A stretch of DNA of 64,000 bases from an uncultured Gammaproteobacteria bacterium. Its GTDB lineage: Bacteria > Patescibacteriota > Patescibacteriia > UBA9934 > CAZDDW01. The stretch covers positions 68,293-132,292 of the forward strand of contig CAZDDW010000001.1 of assembly GCA_964504365.1 (NCBI GenBank). The letters run 5' to 3'. Shown here one piece after another: positions 10,871 through 20,200 of the stretch. The notes under the pieces were generated by a model, which saw only the letters and a list, made by a program, of their open reading frames with translations, was not told where the DNA came from and made no database searches. Position 1 is the first letter of the stretch; each line of letters begins with the position of its first letter. A program made the translations under genes and the position numbers.

Positions 10871-11009
10871 GTTTGCTCCAATCTGTTGCGAAAGTACTAA
10901 CGTGACAGAATAGCATGAATAAGCTTATCTGTCAAGAGTGTTTGGCTAAAGTTAGCCAAGTTTCTGCTTAAAAGAAAAACCGCATCTGCTGATGCGGATC
11001 CTGAGTAGA

Positions 11010-11327
11010 TCACGCTTGCGAACGCGGCTGAGTTTCAGGCTTTGTGAGCCTGGTAATTTCGGCACGAACCCTTTCCGGGTCGTGTATGGTGTAGAGATCC
11101 GGATCTCCTTCTAATAGGCCGGTGGCAGAGTCACAGTACTTAAGCCCATCGTGGGTGAATACTGCCCAGACAACATCTTTTGTATCCAAGGGACTGGATA
11201 CAATCTCGATTTCATACTCTCCCTTGGGCACATGTCTGCCCTGTAGTGGTCTGCTCATTGGCTCCACGAAGAGAATGAACAGCCACCTCCTAGTGGTCGT
11301 TATCTTCATCGGTGTTTTATCACCCAC
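11010..11327 (-). CDS. Hypothetical protein, paralog B (N-terminal domain only)
   Basis: HVPKGEYEIE...P...WAVFTHDG shared with neighbours. Confidence 0.6.
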   Translation of the reverse strand: MGDKTPMKITTTRRWLFILFVEPMSRPLQGRHVPKGEYEIEIVSSPLDTKDVVWAVFTHDGLKYCDSATGLLEGDPDLYTIHDPERVRAEITRLTKPETQPRSQA

Positions 11328-11340
11328 TGTTCACCCCCCC

Positions 11341-11832
11341 CTAGAAGTTGAGCATGATGATGTAGTTGTTTCGGTCAGCCGGGTGTCCATGTTCTGCCAA
11401 TAGTGCAATCAGTTTGTCGATTGCTCCAAGCAGCTCAGGGTGGCTTACACCTTCAATCTCAGGGGCCTTTGCCAGAGAGGCTGTGTACGTCGCATCCGTA
11501 GCGTCGCCTTCTCGAATCACAACGATCTTGTCTCCAGGGAAGGACATCAGAATCTTCATCCGCAGCACGTCTGGAATTTGCACAACAATGTGGTCGCGTC
11601 CGTCAGTGATCAAGGAGTGACCCTGAGCCCCGTAGATCTTGCCCTCATATCGGAAGCCCAGGAAGGGAGCAGCGTGATTGGGAATTAGTGGATCTGGCAG
11701 TGCTTCCAGTTCATATTCCCCAGCAGGAATCATGTCACCCTTTCCGCCGTACCCCCAATCATCACATTTTTCTGGATACTGCATGAAGGTTTGTTTGTTG
11801 AGAAGGATCAGCCTCATTGTTCTGTCGCTCAT
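11341..11832 (-). CDS. Hypothetical protein, paralog C
   Basis: MIPAGEYELE, ends DRNNYIIMLNF like paralog A (DRKDYLVHLNF); GAGG RBS. Confidence 0.65.
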   Translation of the reverse strand: MSDRTMRLILLNKQTFMQYPEKCDDWGYGGKGDMIPAGEYELEALPDPLIPNHAAPFLGFRYEGKIYGAQGHSLITDGRDHIVVQIPDVLRMKILMSFPGDKIVVIREGDATDATYTASLAKAPEIEGVSHPELLGAIDKLIALLAEHGHPADRNNYIIMLNF

Positions 11833-11936
11833 GTTCAGTCCTCTCTTGTAAGGCGATTGAAAATTAGCACAGGGTCGGTTTGAAGTCAATCAGGAAGGGT
11901 TGAAAATAAAGGTCTATTTTGCTAGTATAAGCCTAC

Positions 11937-13052
11937 ATGAAAGAGCTGATTAAGCAGATAAACGAGCTCAAAGATAAGGCGAGGGAAACCTGGTCGCTTT
12001 TAGATTTAGATACAGTAGAGACGCAGCTGAAAAGTCTGGAAACTGATATGGCAGCTCCAGATTTTTGGTCTGATCAGGAACGGGCTAAACGAGTTGGAAA
12101 GCAGGCCTCGGACTTGCGTGAGGAACTGGATCGATGGCGCGGGTTTTTGAAAGAGGTTGATGATTTGCTGGAACTGGCAAGTTCTGGCGATGATTCGATG
12201 CATGATGACATTGCCTCGAGTCTGGACGAACTGAGCACACGATTTGCTACAATGGAATTTGCCACTTTGTTTTCTGGGGAGCATGACAAGAACGATGCTA
12301 TTTTATCGTTCCATGCTGGGTCTGGTGGAACCGAGGCACAGGACTGGGCAGAGATGTTGATGCGCATGATATTTCGATTTTGTGAAAACAAGGGTTTTGA
12401 AACACAGATTTTATTTGAGTCTCGTGGAACTGAGACTGGGATCAAGTCAGCTACGATCAGAGTGTCCGGGCGTTACGCATTTGGATATTTGAAAAGTGAA
12501 CACGGTGTGCACCGTCTGGTCCGCATCTCTCCGTTCGATGCTGAAAAAATGCGTCACACTTCGTTTGCTTTGATTGAGGTATTGCCAGAGTTGGGCGAGG
12601 AAACAGAAGTCGAGATCGATCCAAAAGATTTACGAATCGATACATTTATGGCAGGTGGTCATGGTGGGCAAGGAGTGAACACGACTTACTCTGCTGTCCG
12701 TATCGTTCATGAGCCAACCAAGATTACGGTATCGTGTCAGAACGAACGATCGCAGCTGCAGAACAAAGAAACAGCAATGAAGATTTTGAAGAGCCGGCTG
12801 CATCAGTTGAAAATGCAAGAGGAAGCGGAAAAGAAAAAAGAGCTACGCGGTGAGTATCAAAGTGCAGAATGGGGAAATCAGATCCGATCCTACGTGTTGC
12901 ATCCATATCACATGGTCAAGGATCATCGCACTGAACACGAGACGCAGGAAACCGATGCGGTTCTTGACGGTGAACTTGAGCCGTTCATGGAATCATATCT
13001 TCGAAAACAACTAGAGTTAAGTGATAGATTCGAGGAAGCGAATAATGAATAA
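11937..13052 (+). CDS. prfB: Peptide chain release factor 2 (continuous frame)
   Basis: GGTEAQDW, HRLVRISPF (SPF), GGQ, WGNQIRSYV. Confidence 0.96.
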   Translation: MKELIKQINELKDKARETWSLLDLDTVETQLKSLETDMAAPDFWSDQERAKRVGKQASDLREELDRWRGFLKEVDDLLELASSGDDSMHDDIASSLDELSTRFATMEFATLFSGEHDKNDAILSFHAGSGGTEAQDWAEMLMRMIFRFCENKGFETQILFESRGTETGIKSATIRVSGRYAFGYLKSEHGVHRLVRISPFDAEKMRHTSFALIEVLPELGEETEVEIDPKDLRIDTFMAGGHGGQGVNTTYSAVRIVHEPTKITVSCQNERSQLQNKETAMKILKSRLHQLKMQEEAEKKKELRGEYQSAEWGNQIRSYVLHPYHMVKDHRTEHETQETDAVLDGELEPFMESYLRKQLELSDRFEEANNE

Positions 13053-13106
13053 CGGGACCGACAAGCGTGAGCTTGTCAATTGACAGGCTGACGCCTGTCG
13101 ATCCCG
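13053..13106. repeat. REP-like doublet
   Basis: GACAAGC-GTGA-GCTTGTC and GACAGGC-TGAC-GCCTGTC hairpins inside a CGGGA...TCCCG outer stem. Confidence 0.65.
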
Positions 13107-13118
13107 CAAGAAAAAAAT

Positions 13119-14048
13119 ATGCCAAAATACAAAAAAGCCTTAGTCACAGGCGGGGCAGGATTTATTGGATCACACATCGTTGACGCATTGATCAAGCGTC
13201 GGATTCGTGTTTATATCGTTGACGACATGTCTTCTGGTAAGAAAGCCAACATCAATCCGAATGCTCGTTTTTATAAGATGTCCGTTACTAATCCGAATTT
13301 TCCAAAATTAGTTAAGCGATTAAAACCAGATGTTATTTTTCACGTGGCCGCACATCTTGATGTTTCAACTTCCATGAAGAAACCAGAAAAGGATGCCAAG
13401 ATAAATATTATGGGGGCACTTAATGTGATTCGTGGAGCAAGCGAAGCAGGAACAAAAAAGATTATATTTACGTCAACCGGTGGAGCGATGTATCCGGATC
13501 ATGTTCGACCACCTTGGAAAGAAACAGTGCAGCCATATCCGATATGTCCCTACGCTATTGCTAAACGGGCCACAGAATTGTATCTTGAATTTGCTCGCTT
13601 GGAGCACGGAATTTCATATACTGTGTTGCGGTTAGCAAATATTTATGGACCACGTCAGGATTTTTCAAACGAGGGAGGAGTAGTGGCTATTTTTGCTGAC
13701 AAAATGCTGCGCGACCAGCAACCAATGATTTATGGCACTGGGAAGCAGACTCGTGACTATGTATATGTTGGTGACGTGGTCCGAGCAGCAATGGCGGCCA
13801 TGTCGCGATCTGCGGTTGGTGTGTTCAATATCGGAACCGGAAAACAGGTTGATGTGAATACGTTGTTTAAGAAAATCAAAAAGATAACTGGGTCTGATGC
13901 ACTTGAAAAACACAAGCCAGGCAAGCCAGGTGAGGTGGCTGTATCGGCTTTGAGTTATCGATTGGCAGAAAAGAAATTGGGTTGGAAGCCCAAAGTGAAG
14001 TTGGATGAGGGGCTAAAGAAAACTGTAGAGTGGTTTGCAAAAAAGTAA
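13119..14048 (+). CDS. NAD-dependent epimerase/dehydratase (UDP-glucose 4-epimerase-like)
   Basis: GGAGFIGSH, YAIAK, NIYGPRQ. Confidence 0.9.
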   Translation: MPKYKKALVTGGAGFIGSHIVDALIKRRIRVYIVDDMSSGKKANINPNARFYKMSVTNPNFPKLVKRLKPDVIFHVAAHLDVSTSMKKPEKDAKINIMGALNVIRGASEAGTKKIIFTSTGGAMYPDHVRPPWKETVQPYPICPYAIAKRATELYLEFARLEHGISYTVLRLANIYGPRQDFSNEGGVVAIFADKMLRDQQPMIYGTGKQTRDYVYVGDVVRAAMAAMSRSAVGVFNIGTGKQVDVNTLFKKIKKITGSDALEKHKPGKPGEVAVSALSYRLAEKKLGWKPKVKLDEGLKKTVEWFAKK

Positions 14049-14049
14049 T

Positions 14050-14724
14050 ATGAATACCTGGGTTGTTATTCCTGCATACAATGAGGAGACGAAATTAGCT
14101 GAAGTGATTCGTGGGGTTTTTGAGTATGCAGCCAACGTGGTTGTGATCGATGATGGGTCGCGAGATCAGACATATGATGTTGCTCGAGCAACGGGTGCTT
14201 GGGTGCTTCGTCATCGAATTAATCGCGGACAAGGTGCAGCTTTGGCTACGGGGATCGAGTTTGCTCTTCGTCGTGGGGCCGAGGTGATTGTCACCTTTGA
14301 TTCTGATGGGCAAATGAGTGCAGCAGAAATTCCAAAGATGGTAGAACCGATTGAGGCCAGTGAAGCCGAGGTGGTACTAGGATCACGTTTTGTAGAAAAG
14401 ACAGTTCACAACATGCCTTGGTTGCGTCGGTTGGTGGTCAAGGGTGGTATTTGGTTCACACGCGTGTTGTCGCGAATCGATATCACGGATACACACAATG
14501 GTTTTCGTGCGCTGTCTAGATCAGCTGCCTCGCAAATCGAAATTCGACAAGATCGTATGGCCCATGCGTCTGAGATCTTGGATCAGATTTCTAAGAAAAA
14601 AATTAAATTTGTTGAGCGACCAGTGACTGTGACTTACACAGATTATTCGATGTCACGAGATAATAATTCGAACCTGAACGCGATTTATATTGCCGCTCGA
14701 ATGATATTTAGTAAATTATTCTAA
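14050..14724 (+). CDS. GT2 glycosyltransferase (DPM1-like)
   Basis: VIPAYNE, DDGSRD, FDSDGQ, GSRF. Confidence 0.9.
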   Translation: MNTWVVIPAYNEETKLAEVIRGVFEYAANVVVIDDGSRDQTYDVARATGAWVLRHRINRGQGAALATGIEFALRRGAEVIVTFDSDGQMSAAEIPKMVEPIEASEAEVVLGSRFVEKTVHNMPWLRRLVVKGGIWFTRVLSRIDITDTHNGFRALSRSAASQIEIRQDRMAHASEILDQISKKKIKFVERPVTVTYTDYSMSRDNNSNLNAIYIAARMIFSKLF

Positions 14725-14725
14725 T

Positions 14726-15076
14726 ATGACTATTCAAATTCTTGCCACGTTTTTCATTGCTTTCGTTGTTGGGCGCACGGTTGGCCGGTGGAAGCTAAAG
14801 CAGATTAGCACTAGACTTTTTATTTTTTGGGTTTTGTTCTGGGTTGTGGCCCTGCTGTTATTCTGGATGCCGCAGCTTTCAGACCGCGTGGCTAACTTGC
14901 TCCAAGTCGGCCGTGGTGTTGATGCAATTATTTATATCTCACTGGTCGTTATCTTTTATCTGATGTTTAGAATCTTTAATCGTTTTGAACGTATGGAACG
15001 CGAGGTAACAAAATTGGTTCGTGAGATTGCTATTACTAACGCTACAAAAAATGAAGGATCAAAAGAAACAGATTAA
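14726..15076 (+). CDS. DUF2304 family membrane protein
   Basis: A.LLQVGRGVD, ITxLVREIAI-like C-terminus; usual neighbour of GT2. Confidence 0.8.
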   Translation: MTIQILATFFIAFVVGRTVGRWKLKQISTRLFIFWVLFWVVALLLFWMPQLSDRVANLLQVGRGVDAIIYISLVVIFYLMFRIFNRFERMEREVTKLVREIAITNATKNEGSKETD

Positions 15077-15698
15077 AGAAGCAGTGGCCGTGTTGCGTAA
15101 CAGGGGAGTGGTAGTTTTCCCAACAGAGACTAGTTATGGTTTGGCTGCTGATGCAACTGATCGCCGAGCTGTAGAGCGATTGATCAAGATCAAAGGACGC
15201 GGTTCGAAAACGTTGCCAGTGATTGCTTCGAGTTTGGTCATGGTGAAACAATATGCTCAGATCGAAGGCTTGGCCTTGAGGTTGGCTCGCAAGTTCTGGC
15301 CGGGGCCATTGACTTTGGTGCTAAAGAAAGAAAAAAATAAAAAAATAAAAAAAGAAAAGCTTACACCTCATTGTGTCAAGAATGGCCAAGTGGCCATTCG
15401 TGTCTCCTCGAGTCAGGTCGCGCGCGAGTTATCGCGTCGTTTAGGCAAACCAATCGTGGCCACCTCTGCCAATCGATCTAGACAACCAGACTGTTACAGC
15501 GTCCGGGCGGTACGGCGACAGTACACAGGCTCGAAGCTACAGCCAGATTTCATGCTCGACGTTGGAGCTTTACCAAAACGCAAACCATCAACACTGATTC
15601 GTGTCACTGATAATAATATCGAAGTACTTCGCAAGGGATCAATCAAGATTACCAAGAACCCCCCTTTAATCCCCCCTTGGAAAGGGGGGAGAGCCTGA
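15051..15698 (+). CDS. tsaC: Threonylcarbamoyl-AMP synthase (TsaC/Sua5/YrdC)
   Basis: VFPTETSYGL, KGR, FWPGPLTLV, TSAN. Confidence 0.92.
   Translation: MKDQKKQIKEAVAVLRNRGVVVFPTETSYGLAADATDRRAVERLIKIKGRGSKTLPVIASSLVMVKQYAQIEGLALRLARKFWPGPLTLVLKKEKNKKIKKEKLTPHCVKNGQVAIRVSSSQVARELSRRLGKPIVATSANRSRQPDCYSVRAVRRQYTGSKLQPDFMLDVGALPKRKPSTLIRVTDNNIEVLRKGSIKITKNPPLIPPWKGGRA
15658..15692. repeat. C-rich/G-rich REP-like palindrome forming the tsaC C-terminus
   Basis: ACCCCCCTTTAATCCCCCCTTGGAAAGGGGGGAGA encodes PPLIPPWKGG. Confidence 0.55.
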
Positions 15699-15699
15699 T

Positions 15700-16524
15700 A
15701 TGCCCATATTTCCTAAAAAATCTTTTGGACAGCACTGGCTAAAGAGTCAGGCTATTGTTCGAAAAATTGTTGATGCAGCTGATCTGAAAAAAACAGATTG
15801 TGTTCTTGAGATTGGTCCAGGTAAAGGTGTGCTAACCGAAGCACTACTTGAAAAATCAGACAATGTAACTGCGGTTGAGGCTGATCATGACCTGTATGGT
15901 TTTTTGGAAAAGAAATTTGGTGATCGGATAAAGTTAGTAAAAGGCGACGTAATCAAGAAATCAAATAAAGAACTTGTTGCTTCTTGTTCTTGTTCACTAA
16001 AAAAGACTTGTGAAAAACGATACAAGCTCGTGGCAAATCTGCCATACAACATTACCAGTGCAGTCATGGCCAAGTTTTTGATTGAACAACCAAGGCCAAG
16101 CCGGATGGTGGTAATGATTCAGCGCGAAGTTGCTGATAGGATAACAGCTAAGCCAGGGGATATGGGATTGTTATCGGTCGTGTGCCAATTATTCGCTGAT
16201 ATAAAAAAAGTATGTATTGTAAAACCAGGGTCATTTTCGCCACCACCAAAAGTTCAGTCAACGGTTCTTAGGTTTGATTTAATTCCACCAAGCAAACAAA
16301 AGATCCGTGCTCACGAAGCTGAAGCAATAATCCGTTTAGCCAAGGCTGGTTTTAGTAATCGTCGTAAACAATTACATCGGAACTTAGCTGATGCCCGCGT
16401 GGTCTCATCTGACAAAACTAAGCAGGTTTTAGCCAAATTAAAGCTTTCTGAGATGGCGCGTGCTCAAGAGTTGTCGATAAAAAATTGGGTTCAATTTTAC
16501 AAAGCCATCTCAAACCTGAAATAG
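15700..16524 (+). CDS. rsmA: 16S rRNA adenine dimethyltransferase RsmA/KsgA
   Basis: KKSFGQHWL, VLEIGPGKG, VANLPYNITS, QREVADR, F.PPPKV.S. Confidence 0.95.
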   Translation: MPIFPKKSFGQHWLKSQAIVRKIVDAADLKKTDCVLEIGPGKGVLTEALLEKSDNVTAVEADHDLYGFLEKKFGDRIKLVKGDVIKKSNKELVASCSCSLKKTCEKRYKLVANLPYNITSAVMAKFLIEQPRPSRMVVMIQREVADRITAKPGDMGLLSVVCQLFADIKKVCIVKPGSFSPPPKVQSTVLRFDLIPPSKQKIRAHEAEAIIRLAKAGFSNRRKQLHRNLADARVVSSDKTKQVLAKLKLSEMARAQELSIKNWVQFYKAISNLK

Positions 16525-16598
16525 AGCGCATAAACTTATCCTCAAATAAGCTGGCTGCAGGTCAGTTTTTTTGGTATAATTTTATGCGTGTATATATT

Positions 16599-17291
16599 AT
16601 GGTAAGCCCTTCGAAGAACAAGCAGCCAGGGCCAGCCTTCTCGTTAGAGATGAAGGTTGGGATTCTGCTTGTTTTAATTTTGGGAGTCGGAGGCTTGGTC
16701 TTGGGTGTGCGCTACGTTGGGGTACATTTGCAAAAACCTTTTTACAGCGTGCTTTACTATGACGGGCCAGAATATTTGACTTTGAGCGAGCAGGAGCAGC
16801 AAGAGATTGAGTTGCAGAAAAGTAGTGACTCAGATGAGGACGGACTATCAGACTATGACGAGCTGAATATTTATAAGACTAGCCCATATTTGGCTGACTC
16901 AGATTCTGACGGCCAGGATGATATGGCTGAGATTAATTCTGGTCAGAATCCAAATTGTCCAGAAGGTCGAGATTGCGGTTATTATTTTGCGGCTGATAAT
17001 GACACGTCAGATGAATTAGGTGCCGATGATATTATTGATGGTATTCCTGGTTCAACCATTGAAGAACCGGATGCACATTTTCAATCTGAAGAAGATGTGA
17101 TGAGCTATTTGCAAGAAATGAGTGCTGAACAAGTTCGTTTGGCCTTGATCGAAGCTGGGGTGCCAGAAGCAACAGTTAATGCACTTGATGATGAAACGCT
17201 TCTTGAGGTTTTTGGTGAAGCCATTAACGATGCAGGAGAATCAGGACAGCTGTCAGATGTAGTTGATCAATATAACGTTCAATCTGAATAA
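16599..17291 (+). CDS. Membrane-anchored protein with thrombospondin type-3-like Ca-binding repeats
   Basis: TM helix then DSDEDGLSDYDE...TSPYLADSDSDG.DD.AEI; TG-n-TATAAT at 16575 favours ATG 16599. Confidence 0.75.
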   Translation: MVSPSKNKQPGPAFSLEMKVGILLVLILGVGGLVLGVRYVGVHLQKPFYSVLYYDGPEYLTLSEQEQQEIELQKSSDSDEDGLSDYDELNIYKTSPYLADSDSDGQDDMAEINSGQNPNCPEGRDCGYYFAADNDTSDELGADDIIDGIPGSTIEEPDAHFQSEEDVMSYLQEMSAEQVRLALIEAGVPEATVNALDDETLLEVFGEAINDAGESGQLSDVVDQYNVQSE

Positions 17292-17293
17292 TT

Positions 17294-20200
17294 ATGTTTG
17301 GACTTAGAAAATCAATCAAAAAATTCTTGGTAGCTACAGTTTTATCTTTGTTTTTGTTCCTGAGCACCGCATCAGGATTTTTGCTTTTTGCTGAACAGAC
17401 CAATGCTCAGACAGACGACGCTTTAATTGGGGTTGAGCAAGGTATTCGTGGTGTTGTTTCTCCGCTTTCTGATCCAGCGCAGAACTTAGCCGATATTGTT
17501 AAAACAGTTCGAAAAGAAATAATTAAAACAAAATTAACCATTGCTCTTAAAACAGTTTTGGTAAATTTGTTTAGTTTTGTTTTGAACAGATTGGCTTATG
17601 ACGCGGCCACTTATTTGGCAGCTGGTGCAACAGGACAGGAACCAGGGTTTGAATATAAGAATGCTGGTGAATATTTTGCTGACCTTGGTTTGGACGTTGC
17701 CACCAGTGCTTTCGATTCTTTGGGCGAGGTTTTAGATGAGGCTTTTGAAATCGAGTTTGATATTTGTGATCCAGGAAACCCAATGGTCAAGCTTGGCTTG
17801 CAATTTGGTATTGCTTCAGCATATCAGCGACCTGAACCGCGATGTGACTGGTCAGAGTTTACAAGTAATTGGGAGGCCTCGTTAGCCAGTTTTCAAGATT
17901 ATGCTTTGCTTGGTGAAAACCCAAGCGAATATTTTATAAAAGAATTTAAAAAAGCTTATAGTCCTGGACAGAGTCAGCTTGATGCTTCAATTAAGACAAA
18001 TGTTCGTGTTCATGAAAAAGTTTGGCAAGCAAAAACTAGGGATTTTTCAAAATCATTATCACAAGGCGGATTTAAAGATGTAACTGATTATATTTCCGGA
18101 AATATTAAAACCCCAGGTGTATTATTACAAGAGCAGGTCGAAGAAGAATTGGTTAGGCAAAAGAATGAACCAGACAAAGAAGCTTGGAAAGCCATTATAA
18201 ATGATAAAGAGTGGTTGGCTAATTCCGGTTTATCAATGGGCTCAGTTTTCTTAAATACTTTTCTTTCGAAATTGATGTCAGGAATCTATTCTGGTTTGGT
18301 TGAACCTGATCCAACAGATTTTGATTATTTTGATATGGATGACGTAACTGTTGGTACCGGAGGAAGAGAAGCCGCAGAAGAAGCCTACTCAGATTTGTTA
18401 ACCGCAGAGTTTTTGCCGCTTGATGATTTTAATGCTCTGAATGAATTAGTGGCTTGTCCCGGGTCTGATTCAAGAAATTTGTTTAACTGTGCTGCGGACA
18501 CGTCATTAACAACAGCCTTGAGTCGTGCTGAGTCTGGTGCGCCAATGACAGTGCAAGAAGCACTTGAAGAAGGGTTGTTGCATGGAGAGTGGCCATTGTA
18601 TCCCTCAGATGATTTTGGTAGTAACCAGGATCCGTATTGTTACACATATGGATATTGTTATGGAAACTTGGTTAAGATGAGAAAGTTTAGGATTATTCCT
18701 GTTGGTTGGGAAATTGCTGCAAACTCACCATACAACACAAGCACAAACCCAATTACTTTACAGGAAGTTGTTGATGGGTTTAATGACTGTGGTCCTGATG
18801 GTGCAATCGGTCCAAACTATCCTTGGTGTCACTTGATTGATCCAAACTGGGTTTTGAAAGCACCACAAAGCAGTTGTCCATTTGCTGCTCCGGGTGAACT
18901 TTTGGCCAGCTCAATGACTGGAATTCGTTTACCAAGCTGTGCTGACATGACTACTTGTATTGCTGAAGACCAAGAGGGAAACTGTGTTGGTGGCGAAGCC
19001 TATTGTACGCGCGAGAAAAATACTTGGCGTTTCCGTGGTGATGAGTGCCCTGAAGAGTATGCTAGTTGTTTGAGTTTTACTAACGCCAACACTAACGAGC
19101 TTGGAGATTGGCTCTTGAACACGGTTGATTTTGATTCTTGTACTGCTGATAATGCGGGCTGTCGTTGGTATCGGACCAATAAGTATCTTGATGATGAAAG
19201 TTACGAGTGGTTGCCAGCGGAAACTGAATATATAACATTTGATGAAGATATTGATACAGAAGCCTACCTGGATCGTAGATACTTAAACAATGATGCGCTT
19301 GAGTGTTCTGAAGACAATGCAGGCTGTACTCAGTTGATAGAGAAGGGTGATGATGTGGTGTTGAACGTGGTAGCTAATCCAAGTTTTGAAGATGATGAGA
19401 ATGATGACGGTCTACCAGATGCTTGGAACAACCTGACTGAAGATACTTATCAAGAGGATGAGTCTGGTTCAGTTTACGGATTGGATTATATTACCAGTAC
19501 TGACAACCTGATTTATATTACTCAGGAAAATATTGTTTTATCTGCGAGTCGTTTTTATACATTTAGTTTTTATGCCAACGAGACTGATGCAAGCATTCCT
19601 AATGACACGGTTGTTTGGATCTCGCTTGATGACAAGGATGATCCAACGAACATTGTGAGCCTAGAAGGAACTGCTATACTGGGGGATTGCGAATTAGATC
19701 CAAATGATTTTAGCAATGTTGCTTTAGGGATTGAGGATATTGGCGATGATCCAGAACGATTCGAATGTACCTTTACCACTCCTGCTTTTGATACGTTTGC
19801 CACGATTTGGATTTATACAGCTGAGGGAGAGCACGCCTTTGATGCTTTCCAACTTGAAGAAGGCTCGGTCTTACACGATTATCAAGCTGGTTACGGAGAT
19901 GCAACTTTGGCTTATGAATATTTACTAATGCCACCAGCCTATCTAGGATGCACCGGTGCAGAGACTGATCCGGAAGAGTGTGCGAATTATGCTCAGATGT
20001 GTACTTCACAGGAGGTTGGTTGTGAACTGTATACCCCAGCCGATGGTGATCCATCAGTTCCGGCGATTGTCTCTGAGTTAGATGAGTGTCCTTCTGAATG
20101 TGTTGGTTATGACACCTACAAGCAAGAGGCAACTTTGTACGATGATGAAGATTTTCCACTTTACTTTATTCCTGACACAGCCAATTCATGTACTGAGTCA

